Below are positions 28,078 to 37,070 of a stretch of 64,000 bases of DNA, in pieces; position 1 is the stretch's first letter, and every line of letters starts with the position of its first letter. The notes below the pieces were generated by a model. The model searched no databases and was not told the DNA's origin. It worked only from the letters and a program-made list of their open reading frames with translations. The stretch covers positions 1,245 through 65,244 of the IMG/VR virus record IMGVR_UViG_3300048583_000056; one strand, written 5' to 3'. Made by a program: the position numbers and the translations under genes. The DNA is from a virus (taxonomy: Duplodnaviria; Caudoviricetes).

Positions 28078-28935
28078 ATGAAACAAAAAATCTTCATTTG
28101 GGCGAACTCTGATCTCGATGGTGCGGCATCGGTGATTGCCCTTGGACACATCTTTCCAGAATTTGAATACCAATCTTGTTTCTTTGGTAAGTTTCAAGAA
28201 CAATATATCAAATGGGCAAAGACCAATCTTGAAAACTATGATAAAATTTTCGTAGTTGGTATGGTTATTGATCAAGATCTGATGCGAAAGCTGGATGATC
28301 CTAGAATTGTTATCATTTCTGATCGTGCTGACGTATTGAAGGTCCATGATTCTACTTTGATTGTCGAAGAAAGCACTTCATGTTGTAGATTGATTTATCT
28401 CAAATTCAATCACCTGAGAGCTTTACCAAAACCTGTAAAGGAATTGATCCTTTATGTGGATGATTACAACAGATACTCATTAACATACGATGAATCCAAG
28501 TATTTGAATGCTCTCTACCGTAAAATGGGTGTGAGAAAGTTTAAAGAGTTTGTAGAACGTTTCTCCGATGGATATGATGGGCTAACTGAAAAAGAAGTAG
28601 CCTTAGCTGATACCTTTCTCAAGGAAATCCAAGACGAATTACCCAAACTCGATTTATATACTGGTCTATGGGATGGTTGGAGCGTTCTATCTACATTCTC
28701 CAAGTGCTCAGTTAATGAGATAGCTAAGGAATTGATGGATGCACACGACTACGATATCATCATTATTGTGAATACTGACACAAAATTCATTTCTTTCAGA
28801 AAACCCCCAACTTCAACTGCCAACATTGCTAATATGGCAGAGTCATTATGTGGTGGAGGTGGTGGAGAATGGGCTGCTGGTGGCAATATTACACAAAAAT
28901 TTCTGGAATTTACCGAGGATCTTACATTGTTATGA
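28078..28935 (+). CDS. DHH/DHHA1-family protein with degenerate motifs
   Basis: DLDGAAS motif I, SFR and GGGG..AAGG; DHH replaced by DRA. Confidence 0.7.
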   Translation: MKQKIFIWANSDLDGAASVIALGHIFPEFEYQSCFFGKFQEQYIKWAKTNLENYDKIFVVGMVIDQDLMRKLDDPRIVIISDRADVLKVHDSTLIVEESTSCCRLIYLKFNHLRALPKPVKELILYVDDYNRYSLTYDESKYLNALYRKMGVRKFKEFVERFSDGYDGLTEKEVALADTFLKEIQDELPKLDLYTGLWDGWSVLSTFSKCSVNEIAKELMDAHDYDIIIIVNTDTKFISFRKPPTSTANIANMAESLCGGGGGEWAAGGNITQKFLEFTEDLTLL

Positions 28936-29321
28936 AATATAAATTTTTAGAGTTGGATAAACCCAACAAAAATGGTAGAATCTATCCTAAAGTGGATATA
29001 AGTAACATCATAATTTCATTGGAAATGAAACAACAAATAGAGGACAATCGACTCTTTGTTGAATGTAGTATGGACTCATCCTTTTCTAGACCTGATGTTG
29101 ACCCAGAGAATATTTGTGGAATAGTGACAGGACTTTCTATAGAGGGTGAAAATGCTTATTGTGATATAATACCATTACAAAATAAAGCACATTTATTTGA
29201 TCTTATAGACGAGAAAAATTTTGCCATCAGACCAAAAGGAATCGGATCTTTTGAAGAAGATGGCAAAACCATAAAAGACTATACTTTAGTATCACTAGCA
29301 ATCACCCAAGATCCCTCATGA
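28932..29321 (+). CDS. Prohead-protease (gp21)-like protein, probably inactive
   Basis: NKNGRIYP, VDPENI, KGIGS, DPS collinear with gp21; start at ATGA overlap 28932. Confidence 0.65.
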   Translation: MKYKFLELDKPNKNGRIYPKVDISNIIISLEMKQQIEDNRLFVECSMDSSFSRPDVDPENICGIVTGLSIEGENAYCDIIPLQNKAHLFDLIDEKNFAIRPKGIGSFEEDGKTIKDYTLVSLAITQDPS

Positions 29322-29620
29322 CATTTGACCCTAGCCACAATATGATCGAAGAAGAATGTTCACACATTTTTCTATGTTTCTGCACCTTTGTTATGAACCT
29401 GAAGGGTAAAAAGCTCTCAGTTCAAAATGTATTTGTTCAAACTTTGAGCGACGAGAAGCTTAAAAACGTCATGAAAACCATGATGTCCCTTGACAATGAC
29501 TACGAGCTTGTTAAGGTGTTCTTGGACTTCGATCCCAGCATTGCCAAAAGCAAGTATGTGACGAAATTCTTGAATACTAAAGATCAAAAGAATGACAAGC
29601 CTTCTAGAAAAGCATCCTAA
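29318..29620 (+). CDS. Hypothetical protein
   Basis: Coupled ORF. Confidence 0.7.
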   Translation: MTFDPSHNMIEEECSHIFLCFCTFVMNLKGKKLSVQNVFVQTLSDEKLKNVMKTMMSLDNDYELVKVFLDFDPSIAKSKYVTKFLNTKDQKNDKPSRKAS

Positions 29621-30059
29621 TATATGCCAAGAGGAATTTTACAATGCGATTCCTCCTTGGGAGATTTCTGAAGAAGAAGCTATCAAACTATATGTGAAAC
29701 ACATGAAAGAGATCGAGTTGGAAGATCCAGATTCGGATGATTCCATTCTCAGATTGAAGAAGAGTTTAAAATTTGTGTATCTATATTGCCAAGAGCACGG
29801 AATCAAAATGGAAGACTATGTAAAACATGGATCTGGACCAATGGTTGATTGTGTTTCACATTTAAAAGCACACAACATCACTTTTTACACGCTTCACGCA
29901 TTGACATTCTCTGCAACCATGGTAGACTCCGAATTGTTGGAGTTCGTGATACCAAATTTTTACATCACCTACCAGAAAACGAAGAATAAGTTCTATGCTT
30001 CGAAAAAAATGAAAGCACTTTCAAAGTTGGCAAAGGAAAAATTAAATGAGAGGTTGTGA
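29592..30059 (+). CDS. Hypothetical protein at the gp59 (helicase loader) position
   Basis: Immediately upstream of gp32; function suggested by synteny only. Confidence 0.5.
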   Translation: MTSLLEKHPNICQEEFYNAIPPWEISEEEAIKLYVKHMKEIELEDPDSDDSILRLKKSLKFVYLYCQEHGIKMEDYVKHGSGPMVDCVSHLKAHNITFYTLHALTFSATMVDSELLEFVIPNFYITYQKTKNKFYASKKMKALSKLAKEKLNERL

Positions 30060-30145
30060 AATAAAAATTGAACTCGTAGACTAAATACTTTCCTCCTGTG
30101 GAGACTAAAAAGAAAAACAAAATAGAAAAGAAAGAAATAAACAAA

Positions 30146-31099
30146 ATGGCAAAAAAATTCAATGCATCAATGTTTGAGAGTTTGAAAGAATCTCTCAATA
30201 AACCAAGTAACAACGGTTCATTTTCGAACCTAATGAAGTTCCCAGCGGGACATACTTACACAATCAGACTAATCCCAAATGTGGATAATGTCGATGACAC
30301 ATTCTTCCATCACTGGATCAACTCATGGAAGAGTAAAGCAGATGGTAGTTACATCTCAGCAATTTCTCTCCAATCTTTTGGGGAGGACGATCCAATCACT
30401 TCAACTTATTGGAAGTTGTATAAGGAATGGAAAGCAGCTAACCCAAATCCTCCACTAGGACCGGATGGTAAGAAAGCTAAGTTTGCTAATCCTATTTCCA
30501 ATAAGGAACAATGGTTGGTAAATGCACTCTGGGTCAACAACCCAGCTAATCCCGAGTTGAACGGAACTGTTCAAATTCTCAGAATGGGGTTCCAACTGAA
30601 GGGATTGATTGACGATGCGATGACTGGTGATCGTGCCGAAGAATTCGGCGCAGCAATCTTTGATCTATCAAAGGATGGTGCTGATCTCAAGATCAAAGCA
30701 GAAGAACAAGGCGAATTCACAACCTATAAGAATTCATTCTTCACAACCGTTTCTAAATTGGATCTGGATGACGATGAAATCGAAAAGGTCTATGAACAAG
30801 TTCATGATCTGAAGGCAATCTATCCGGTTAAGACCAAGGATGAGTTGATCAAACTTCTCGAAGACCACTTCTATGTTGGTGCCGAGAAGAAATTGGAAGT
30901 CAAGAAAGCTCTTAAAGACATCAAGCAAGAGGTTGCCCCTGTTGCGGATGAAGGAGACGACGATGAAATTCCGATGGAGTTTGACGAACCTGTAAAGGCG
31001 GAAGTCAAAGAAAAAGTTAAGCCTGTTAAAGAAAAGGTTAAAATATCACCTGTCAAGGATGATGTTGATGAACTTCTTGAAGGGTTGAACGTAGGTTAA
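30146..31099 (+). CDS. gp32: Single-stranded DNA-binding protein gp32
   Basis: IRLIP, DDPI, WLVN..V.NPANPELNGTV, FDLS..GADLKIK, acidic tail; start reassigned to MAKKF. Confidence 0.88.
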   Translation: MAKKFNASMFESLKESLNKPSNNGSFSNLMKFPAGHTYTIRLIPNVDNVDDTFFHHWINSWKSKADGSYISAISLQSFGEDDPITSTYWKLYKEWKAANPNPPLGPDGKKAKFANPISNKEQWLVNALWVNNPANPELNGTVQILRMGFQLKGLIDDAMTGDRAEEFGAAIFDLSKDGADLKIKAEEQGEFTTYKNSFFTTVSKLDLDDDEIEKVYEQVHDLKAIYPVKTKDELIKLLEDHFYVGAEKKLEVKKALKDIKQEVAPVADEGDDDEIPMEFDEPVKAEVKEKVKPVKEKVKISPVKDDVDELLEGLNVG

Positions 31100-31107
31100 T
31101 CATAATT

Positions 31108-31623
31108 ATGTCCGAACAATACGAACCACTCAATCCAGAAGATATTGGTCTTTTGGTAGACATTGCGGGTCCGGTCTATCAAGAGTCAAAATATATTGAT
31201 TCTATGACAGGACAACCACCTCAAGATAGTAGGGGAGCTATTACGTCGGGGACTAATCAATTGAAGCAGGGGTTGGAGAGAATTGTCCAAACGGCAATTC
31301 GCCAACCCCCACCTCTTCCGGGTTATAGGCAACCTGCACCACAGTATGTACCGATTCCTATATCGGAACCTATACCAACACATTATTATCATGAACAGCC
31401 TTCAACAGCAGTTCCAAATATTGCAAACTTCGGTGAACCAAGTCCTCAATTGGAATTTGATTTCAATTTATCAGAACAGAAGAAGACAAACGATCTTCTT
31501 GAAAAGAACAATAAACTCTTGCAAAAGATCATTCAACTGTTACAATCGAAAAAATTAGATGAGCCAGTCAAACTTAACACTCAAGTCAAAGGAAATAATC
31601 CAGTTTCTAACAAGCCTGTCTAA
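31108..31623 (+). CDS. Pro-rich hypothetical protein
   Basis: 171-aa ORF between gp32 and gp45. Confidence 0.65.
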   Translation: MSEQYEPLNPEDIGLLVDIAGPVYQESKYIDSMTGQPPQDSRGAITSGTNQLKQGLERIVQTAIRQPPPLPGYRQPAPQYVPIPISEPIPTHYYHEQPSTAVPNIANFGEPSPQLEFDFNLSEQKKTNDLLEKNNKLLQKIIQLLQSKKLDEPVKLNTQVKGNNPVSNKPV

Positions 31624-32278
31624 ACTTAGCGATTCTTCTATCTTAGAAGTAACTTCTGATGAAATATACTCCATCGCCGCTTCTGACGATAGGAGTATGT
31701 TTCTTTGGTCTACTTTGAGTGGAGACTTTGAGTTTGAGACGACGCTAAATCTACCATCTTTAACCAAGCTATCTGATCTATTGAAGATGGTTGGCGACGA
31801 TGTCACATTTAAAGTGTTGAGCAACAAACTTTCATATAAAGGGAACGGTGTCAAGTTTGACTATCACCTATATGATGAGGGCATCTTGAATAAACCGAAG
31901 GTCACACTCAAAAAGATCAAGTCTCTGACTTATGATTATGAGTTCTCGTTCACCAAGTCTTATTTGAGACAGACCATTCTAAAGAATAGTTCTATCCTAA
32001 AGGATACCAACAAACTGTATATCTATACAGAAGACGATCATCTTGTTTGGAATCTCGGAGACCGAACCAAAACAAATACAGACAACCTAACTATTATAGG
32101 TGACAAGGTGGATTTTGAGATGGATGAATTTATCATGAATCTAGATAATCTACGTTTAGTGGAATTTGGATCATCCGAAGTGGCGAAATTTGAGGTTTCT
32201 AAGAATGGGATCGGTAAGATATCAATCGATTCTGATCCGTTACAACTAAATTATATTATATCATCTCTCACAAAATGA
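31559..32278 (+). CDS. gp45: Sliding clamp gp45-like
   Basis: 239-aa two-domain alpha/beta clamp pattern in the replication cluster. Confidence 0.65.
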   Translation: MSQSNLTLKSKEIIQFLTSLSKLSDSSILEVTSDEIYSIAASDDRSMFLWSTLSGDFEFETTLNLPSLTKLSDLLKMVGDDVTFKVLSNKLSYKGNGVKFDYHLYDEGILNKPKVTLKKIKSLTYDYEFSFTKSYLRQTILKNSSILKDTNKLYIYTEDDHLVWNLGDRTKTNTDNLTIIGDKVDFEMDEFIMNLDNLRLVEFGSSEVAKFEVSKNGIGKISIDSDPLQLNYIISSLTK

Positions 32279-32610
32279 CTCACAAAAATAAAATTACGAC
32301 TTTCAGCTATTTCCTTAAAAGGTTAAGAGATTCTGGATTTATCGCAATCAAGGTATTTAAAGACTATGCCATCATAGACCCACGCAGATGGACTATCATG
32401 GTAGATCCCGAAGGAGCATCCTTACTTATAACATGTTATGAGAACAAAGACTTCCAAGGTGATATTGTATTTGAATTTAATGATGGTGGAAATAAGTTCC
32501 CGAAGAATTATAATCTGAAGACGAAATCCATGGAGATTATTGTAACTACTCTGATTGAGCGAGGGATCTCTCAAAAAGAGGATGGTTGCTCTTTTGAAAA
32601 AAAGAGTTAA
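32275..32610 (+). CDS. Hypothetical protein
   Basis: Coupled ORF. Confidence 0.7.
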   Translation: MTHKNKITTFSYFLKRLRDSGFIAIKVFKDYAIIDPRRWTIMVDPEGASLLITCYENKDFQGDIVFEFNDGGNKFPKNYNLKTKSMEIIVTTLIERGISQKEDGCSFEKKS

Positions 32611-32618
32611 ATAGTTTA

Positions 32619-32918
32619 ATGGAAGAGGAATTCGAAGATTCTAGTAAACTATTGAGCGAGCAAGAGTTGGAAGCACTTCTGAAGGAAGCTTTAACGACCA
32701 AACTAAAAGGTCAAAAAAAAGTTCCTAAGAAGGTTGAACTTAACAAGGCTTTAATTTCCACATTAACCGAGTTCCTCACATGTTTCAAAATTCTAGGTTA
32801 TGATTACAACGGAGATCCGGTTAATCTGACGGTCTATAAAGAAAAGTTGGAGAAATCTGCTTTAGATAATCAGTTTATGGAAGAGGTTAGTAAATTCATG
32901 AGTAGTAAAATGGGATGA
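32619..32918 (+). CDS. Hypothetical protein
   Basis: TAAATA 5 nt upstream. Confidence 0.65.
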   Translation: MEEEFEDSSKLLSEQELEALLKEALTTKLKGQKKVPKKVELNKALISTLTEFLTCFKILGYDYNGDPVNLTVYKEKLEKSALDNQFMEEVSKFMSSKMG

Positions 32919-33211
32919 TCTGGAAGAAACCTAAATGGAATAAGGCTTTAGCTCTTGGCGACACTTATGGTGTTCTCGATGGTGATTATAAAGGATACAC
33001 ACTAATTTATATTAAGAGTGTAAAGAACCAACACGCATTCTGCTCTATCTTCGATGGGAAGATGGATTATAGTTGGATTCCGAAAAAAGATTTTGATTTT
33101 GGACTGGAGAATGGTATTATCGAATTTGCCACCATCCAACCTAGCCTAGCAGCAAAAAATGAGATTAAAAAAATTGCCGAACCTAAAATCAAAGATCCAG
33201 AAGGAGTTTGA
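32915..33211 (+). CDS. Hypothetical protein
   Basis: Coupled ORF. Confidence 0.6.
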   Translation: MIWKKPKWNKALALGDTYGVLDGDYKGYTLIYIKSVKNQHAFCSIFDGKMDYSWIPKKDFDFGLENGIIEFATIQPSLAAKNEIKKIAEPKIKDPEGV

Positions 33212-34232
33212 TTTTGATTTGCCAGTAGATTACGTTGTCTCTAAATTTTATGAGTTGGGCTATAAGGTTAGTCATAACAAAGCTCTAGGTAGTTACCAAT
33301 CATGCTGCCCTCTGTGTAGAGAGGGTAAGTCATGGGGTAAAAAGAAACGATGTGTTTATACCCCTTCAGAGGGTATTATCGGTTGTTATAATTGCGGTGA
33401 AGTTTTGTCCACGTATAATTGGATCAGACGAGTCTCTGGCATGACTCATAAAGAGTTGGCTGATGCTCTAGAAGCTGATAATTATGATATCTACACAACA
33501 TTCGAGGAAAATACTCGACCAGAGATAGTTGTTGCTACTCTCCCAGAAGATTCTATCAATCTTTTTGACCCAATTCAGAAGAAATTCTATGCTAATGATA
33601 AGAAGGTCAAGTTCACTCTGGACTACATCAAGAAGAGACGACTAGACACGGCGGTAAATCGCCCTGATGCCCTCTATATCAGCCTCAAGGACAAGTTCCA
33701 AGGTGATAGACTAGTCATCCCATTCAAGGACGAGCAAGGGGATATTGTGTTCTTCCAAACTAGGAAGTTGTTCGACTATGACGACAAGCCAAGTTACCTT
33801 TCTAAACTCAAAGCAGACAAGACTTTGTATGGGATTGATAAGATTGATCCTAATATGGATACCGTCTTCCTATTCGAGGGACCAATCGATGCATTCTTTG
33901 TCAAGAATGGTATTGGAGTGGCTGGTATTAATAAAGGTCATCATACCTTAACCCCTACTCAGAAGGAACAGATGGAATCTTTGAGACTTTTCAAAAAGAT
34001 TTGGGTTCTAGATTCACAATGGAAGGACGAGACCGCTAGAGAGAAGACTATATCTCTTTTGGAATTGGGTGAAACCGTATTTATCTGGCCAAAGAAGTGG
34101 GGAGAGGCTTACAAAGACCTCAATGAGATGTGCATCGACTGTGAAATTGACCAAATCTCACCGGAGTTCATAAAAAAGAACGCTGTTTCTGGAATGAACA
34201 GCGTTCTTAAATTTAAAATGATGATTCGTTAA
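33159..34232 (+). CDS. gp61: DNA primase gp61
   Basis: Zn finger CPLC...CYNC, RLVIPF, TOPRIM FEGPIDA, KDLNE. Confidence 0.92.
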   Translation: MRLKKLPNLKSKIQKEFDFDLPVDYVVSKFYELGYKVSHNKALGSYQSCCPLCREGKSWGKKKRCVYTPSEGIIGCYNCGEVLSTYNWIRRVSGMTHKELADALEADNYDIYTTFEENTRPEIVVATLPEDSINLFDPIQKKFYANDKKVKFTLDYIKKRRLDTAVNRPDALYISLKDKFQGDRLVIPFKDEQGDIVFFQTRKLFDYDDKPSYLSKLKADKTLYGIDKIDPNMDTVFLFEGPIDAFFVKNGIGVAGINKGHHTLTPTQKEQMESLRLFKKIWVLDSQWKDETAREKTISLLELGETVFIWPKKWGEAYKDLNEMCIDCEIDQISPEFIKKNAVSGMNSVLKFKMMIR

Positions 34233-34249
34233 TTCGTCTAGCAGAAAGC

Positions 34250-34277
34250 TTGACAAATTGGGAAAAGTTGCTATGAT
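34250..34277 (+). promoter_or_regulatory. Strong sigma70-type early promoter
   Basis: TTGACA-16 bp (ending TGC)-TATGAT. Confidence 0.75.
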
Positions 34278-34311
34278 ACAGAGACATCAGAGGGCTTTCC
34301 GACGATAAATC

Positions 34312-34336
34312 AAATACTCAAAATACTCAAAATACT
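34312..34336 (+). repeat. 9-bp tandem repeat (AAATACTCA x ~2.8) abutting ATG
   Basis: Read directly. Confidence 0.85.
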
Positions 34337-35224
34337 ATGACAATCACAAAATATGACAGCTCTAAAAATAAAGACTTTATCTATTCATCAATAAATGATT
34401 TACAGATCGATAAATCTCAGGGGGATGCTTACAAGGTAAGATTGAATAGTATGGGTATAGACTGCTATACCCCTAGAAATGGATATGCTATCGCACCAGT
34501 CATAGTTGAAAACGGTGATGAACTTTTCAACAGGTCTCTGTTTTTTACTTTAATGTCTGGAGGAAATCAAAAAATAAAGACAACCACCAAATCTATCCCA
34601 AAAACCAAACCAAAAACAACCATGAAACAAGTTGCCCCCGAAGTGATGTATACCCTTGATCACTTGAAAAAACATTTTATATTCGATAATATTAAAAAAG
34701 GAGGTGATCGTTTAAGAGTTAAACGTTACAACTCTGGAATATACACTTCTAAAGAAAGAGTTGTATATATCGATGGAGCATCCCCTAATACTAGCGGTAA
34801 AGTAGAAATTGGTGCTAATACTTATGATATTAGAGCAGTAATCAAGTGTTTAAAAGATAAACATCATTATTATCCGATTAGATCGTCCATCATCACACCA
34901 AATTTGAAAGATATTACCAAAGATGGTAAACTAGTATTTGGTATCGATGAAATTGATTGTGTATTAAAAGTTAATAAGGTTCGCTGGAGCGATGTTGAAC
35001 AATCAGAAGATCAAATGACTTTAGAATTGGATGATACTACCCCTGTTCTAGTAGATACTAGATTTGGTAATAATCCACCAGTTCCGGTTCCGAGTGAACC
35101 TCCTGTCACCACATACAAATATTTCGTGAAAATATTTGGAGACGATGGATTATCGTATCAAGTCCCATTAACCGCAGAAAATACGAAGAAGACTCTATCC
35201 TTTTTGACAGAGTTGGTGAGTTAA
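34337..35224 (+). CDS. Hypothetical early protein
   Basis: 295-aa ORF. Confidence 0.75.
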   Translation: MTITKYDSSKNKDFIYSSINDLQIDKSQGDAYKVRLNSMGIDCYTPRNGYAIAPVIVENGDELFNRSLFFTLMSGGNQKIKTTTKSIPKTKPKTTMKQVAPEVMYTLDHLKKHFIFDNIKKGGDRLRVKRYNSGIYTSKERVVYIDGASPNTSGKVEIGANTYDIRAVIKCLKDKHHYYPIRSSIITPNLKDITKDGKLVFGIDEIDCVLKVNKVRWSDVEQSEDQMTLELDDTTPVLVDTRFGNNPPVPVPSEPPVTTYKYFVKIFGDDGLSYQVPLTAENTKKTLSFLTELVS

Positions 35225-35664
35225 ACGTATTTATATCTGCTGTTTGCAGTTTGCGCCATGAATCCTAAGAAGTTTTGATGCAAGGATGCCAAGTCAGCAG
35301 CCACACGGGAGATCTTAGTTTGTTGTGATTGCTTCATTTTGTCCATAACTGTGTCTGGTTCAGCAGCAGCAAGACGAGATTGGATAGAAGTTGGATCTTC
35401 AGAGTTTAGGAACGATAGGAATCCTTCGATTTCGGTGATCCAAGATTGAAGTTCATCGATAGTTTGTTGATTCTTTTGAGACATCGCATCAGCAACTTGC
35501 TTGGATGTCTGGTCAACCTCACCATTAGTGTTGGGAGTCATATCCAGTTCAAAATCTGCTGGATTAGTCCCATCGTCTAGGGATGATTCCATAGCTGCGC
35601 GTTCCATGTCACTCGCATCAGATTCACGAAGAGCTAGTATGAAATTCTTTTTGAACTTAGTCAT
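35221..35664 (-). CDS. Putative internal head protein
   Basis: Leader MTKFKKNFILALRE; TAAATA 5 nt upstream. Confidence 0.65.
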   Translation of the reverse strand: MTKFKKNFILALRESDASDMERAAMESSLDDGTNPADFELDMTPNTNGEVDQTSKQVADAMSQKNQQTIDELQSWITEIEGFLSFLNSEDPTSIQSRLAAAEPDTVMDKMKQSQQTKISRVAADLASLHQNFLGFMAQTANSRYKYV

Positions 35665-35669
35665 GAGTA

Positions 35670-35692
35670 TATTTAGTCAAATGTGTTAAATA
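35670..35692. promoter_or_regulatory. Back-to-back late (gp55-type) promoters
   Basis: TATTTA..11 bp..TAAATA, each 5 nt from an ATG. Confidence 0.7.
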
Positions 35693-35697
35693 TTCCT

Positions 35698-36093
35698 ATG
35701 GCTACTAAGGGAGAATCTCCGTATTCAACAAAATTTGCATCACCAGATATAGATCATAATCTAGATCCGTCTGCACAGATGAAGAAATATAAAAAAGAGG
35801 AGAGAGAGACCCATGCTGGGCCTAATGCTCTACCATATGAGATGCAGAACCTACCACAATACTTTGGCGCTATGGTGGACAACGGAATGCAGGCAGCTAA
35901 GTGCATCGAAGATCTTTTAAAGACAAAAGATGTCAAACATAAGGAAGAACTCCTAAAATTGAAGAAAAATACCGAGAAGATGGTCCTATATCTCATGCAA
36001 AATGTTGATTATGTCCTCGAAAAATACACCATCGGTGCTAAACACGCGATGGATGACCTCGAAGATGCTAAGTTAGAAGACGAATTGTATTGA
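35698..36093 (+). CDS. Hypothetical late protein
   Basis: Start reassigned to ATG after TAAATA. Confidence 0.65.
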   Translation: MATKGESPYSTKFASPDIDHNLDPSAQMKKYKKEERETHAGPNALPYEMQNLPQYFGAMVDNGMQAAKCIEDLLKTKDVKHKEELLKLKKNTEKMVLYLMQNVDYVLEKYTIGAKHAMDDLEDAKLEDELY

Positions 36094-36122
36094 TTTTTGG
36101 TCAAAGACTGCTAAAATAGGGT

Positions 36123-36593
36123 ATGTTAAACGATATTTGGAAGAAGCGTGCGGTCATTTTTGGTGTTTGGACCCTATTAATACTTGCATTCTCCGCAAGT
36201 TCACCATTTGGTATAGAGTTCAAGACGATTTTCCCTATGCTTCTCGCGGCACCTTTGGGGGTGTTAACATATCTGATGTATAAAGATCCAGATCCACAAG
36301 ATAATGAGGAAATTATAGCTCTCACAGAGACTATTACAGACTTTGAGAAGATTGTGGAAGAACAAATCATCGTAATCAAGGAATATGAAGACATTTTTGA
36401 TACTCAACTGGTAGAATTACCATGTGTATGTGGTGGAAACACCTTTAAAGGTCTGTTTTCCCCAAATACAGAGAACTTAGTGGAGTGTGAGAAGTGTAAA
36501 AATCGTTATCAGGTTACTATTAACTACGATACGGTGCTTTTGAGTGAACCACTCGACCAGAAGTCTCTCGAAAGAGAACTTGGGCAAATCTAA
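36123..36593 (+). CDS. Membrane protein with C-terminal Zn ribbon
   Basis: Two hydrophobic helices, CVC...CEKC; promoter TTGATT-16-TAAAAT at 36090-36117. Confidence 0.7.
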   Translation: MLNDIWKKRAVIFGVWTLLILAFSASSPFGIEFKTIFPMLLAAPLGVLTYLMYKDPDPQDNEEIIALTETITDFEKIVEEQIIVIKEYEDIFDTQLVELPCVCGGNTFKGLFSPNTENLVECEKCKNRYQVTINYDTVLLSEPLDQKSLERELGQI

Positions 36594-36623
36594 TCATAAA
36601 ACACTAGGCCATAATCAGTTTAA

Positions 36624-36818
36624 ATGAAAAGAAAACTGAGGGATAGTGATGTGGCGTTGTGGAGATCGTGTTGTTTTGATAAACTAGTGGAGTGGGATTG
36701 CTATTGTTCGTGGGGTTGTAATAGTTGTGATATTTCTTGGCAGTGTTCGATCTGTAATGCCAGATATACAGACTCGGATGTAGCCAGATTGAAAGATAAG
36801 TGTAAAACACTAGTGTAA
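36624..36818 (+). CDS. Small Cys-rich protein
   Basis: 64 aa with several CxC/CxxC; fills gap. Confidence 0.5.
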   Translation: MKRKLRDSDVALWRSCCFDKLVEWDCYCSWGCNSCDISWQCSICNARYTDSDVARLKDKCKTLV

Positions 36819-36833
36819 ATTCATTTAACCCTT

Positions 36834-37070
36834 ATGAAAACAGTCTCAATAGAGAAGCAGGATGGGTCCATGGAGGAAATGGGCGTGGAAGAGTTCACAA
36901 GATGGATGTGTTTAGTAGAAGCGTTCCACTTTATCGAAGAAAAAGCTAAAGATCTTAACGTTGATTGGGTAGATTTGGTCAAACCCTTAGCGGTTGAGAC
37001 TTATATCAAGTCCAGATACGATGGAATGCTCCATGATGTAAAGTGTGAGGTGGAATTAGGGCTATTATGA
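36834..37070 (+). CDS. Hypothetical protein
   Basis: 78-aa ORF. Confidence 0.65.
   Translation: MKTVSIEKQDGSMEEMGVEEFTRWMCLVEAFHFIEEKAKDLNVDWVDLVKPLAVETYIKSRYDGMLHDVKCEVELGLL

Noticed and set aside
28848-28931. Trp-rich N-terminus MWWRWWRMGCWW
   Set aside because: Out-of-frame reading of the DHH gene's GGGG..AAGG codons; the real start is 28932.
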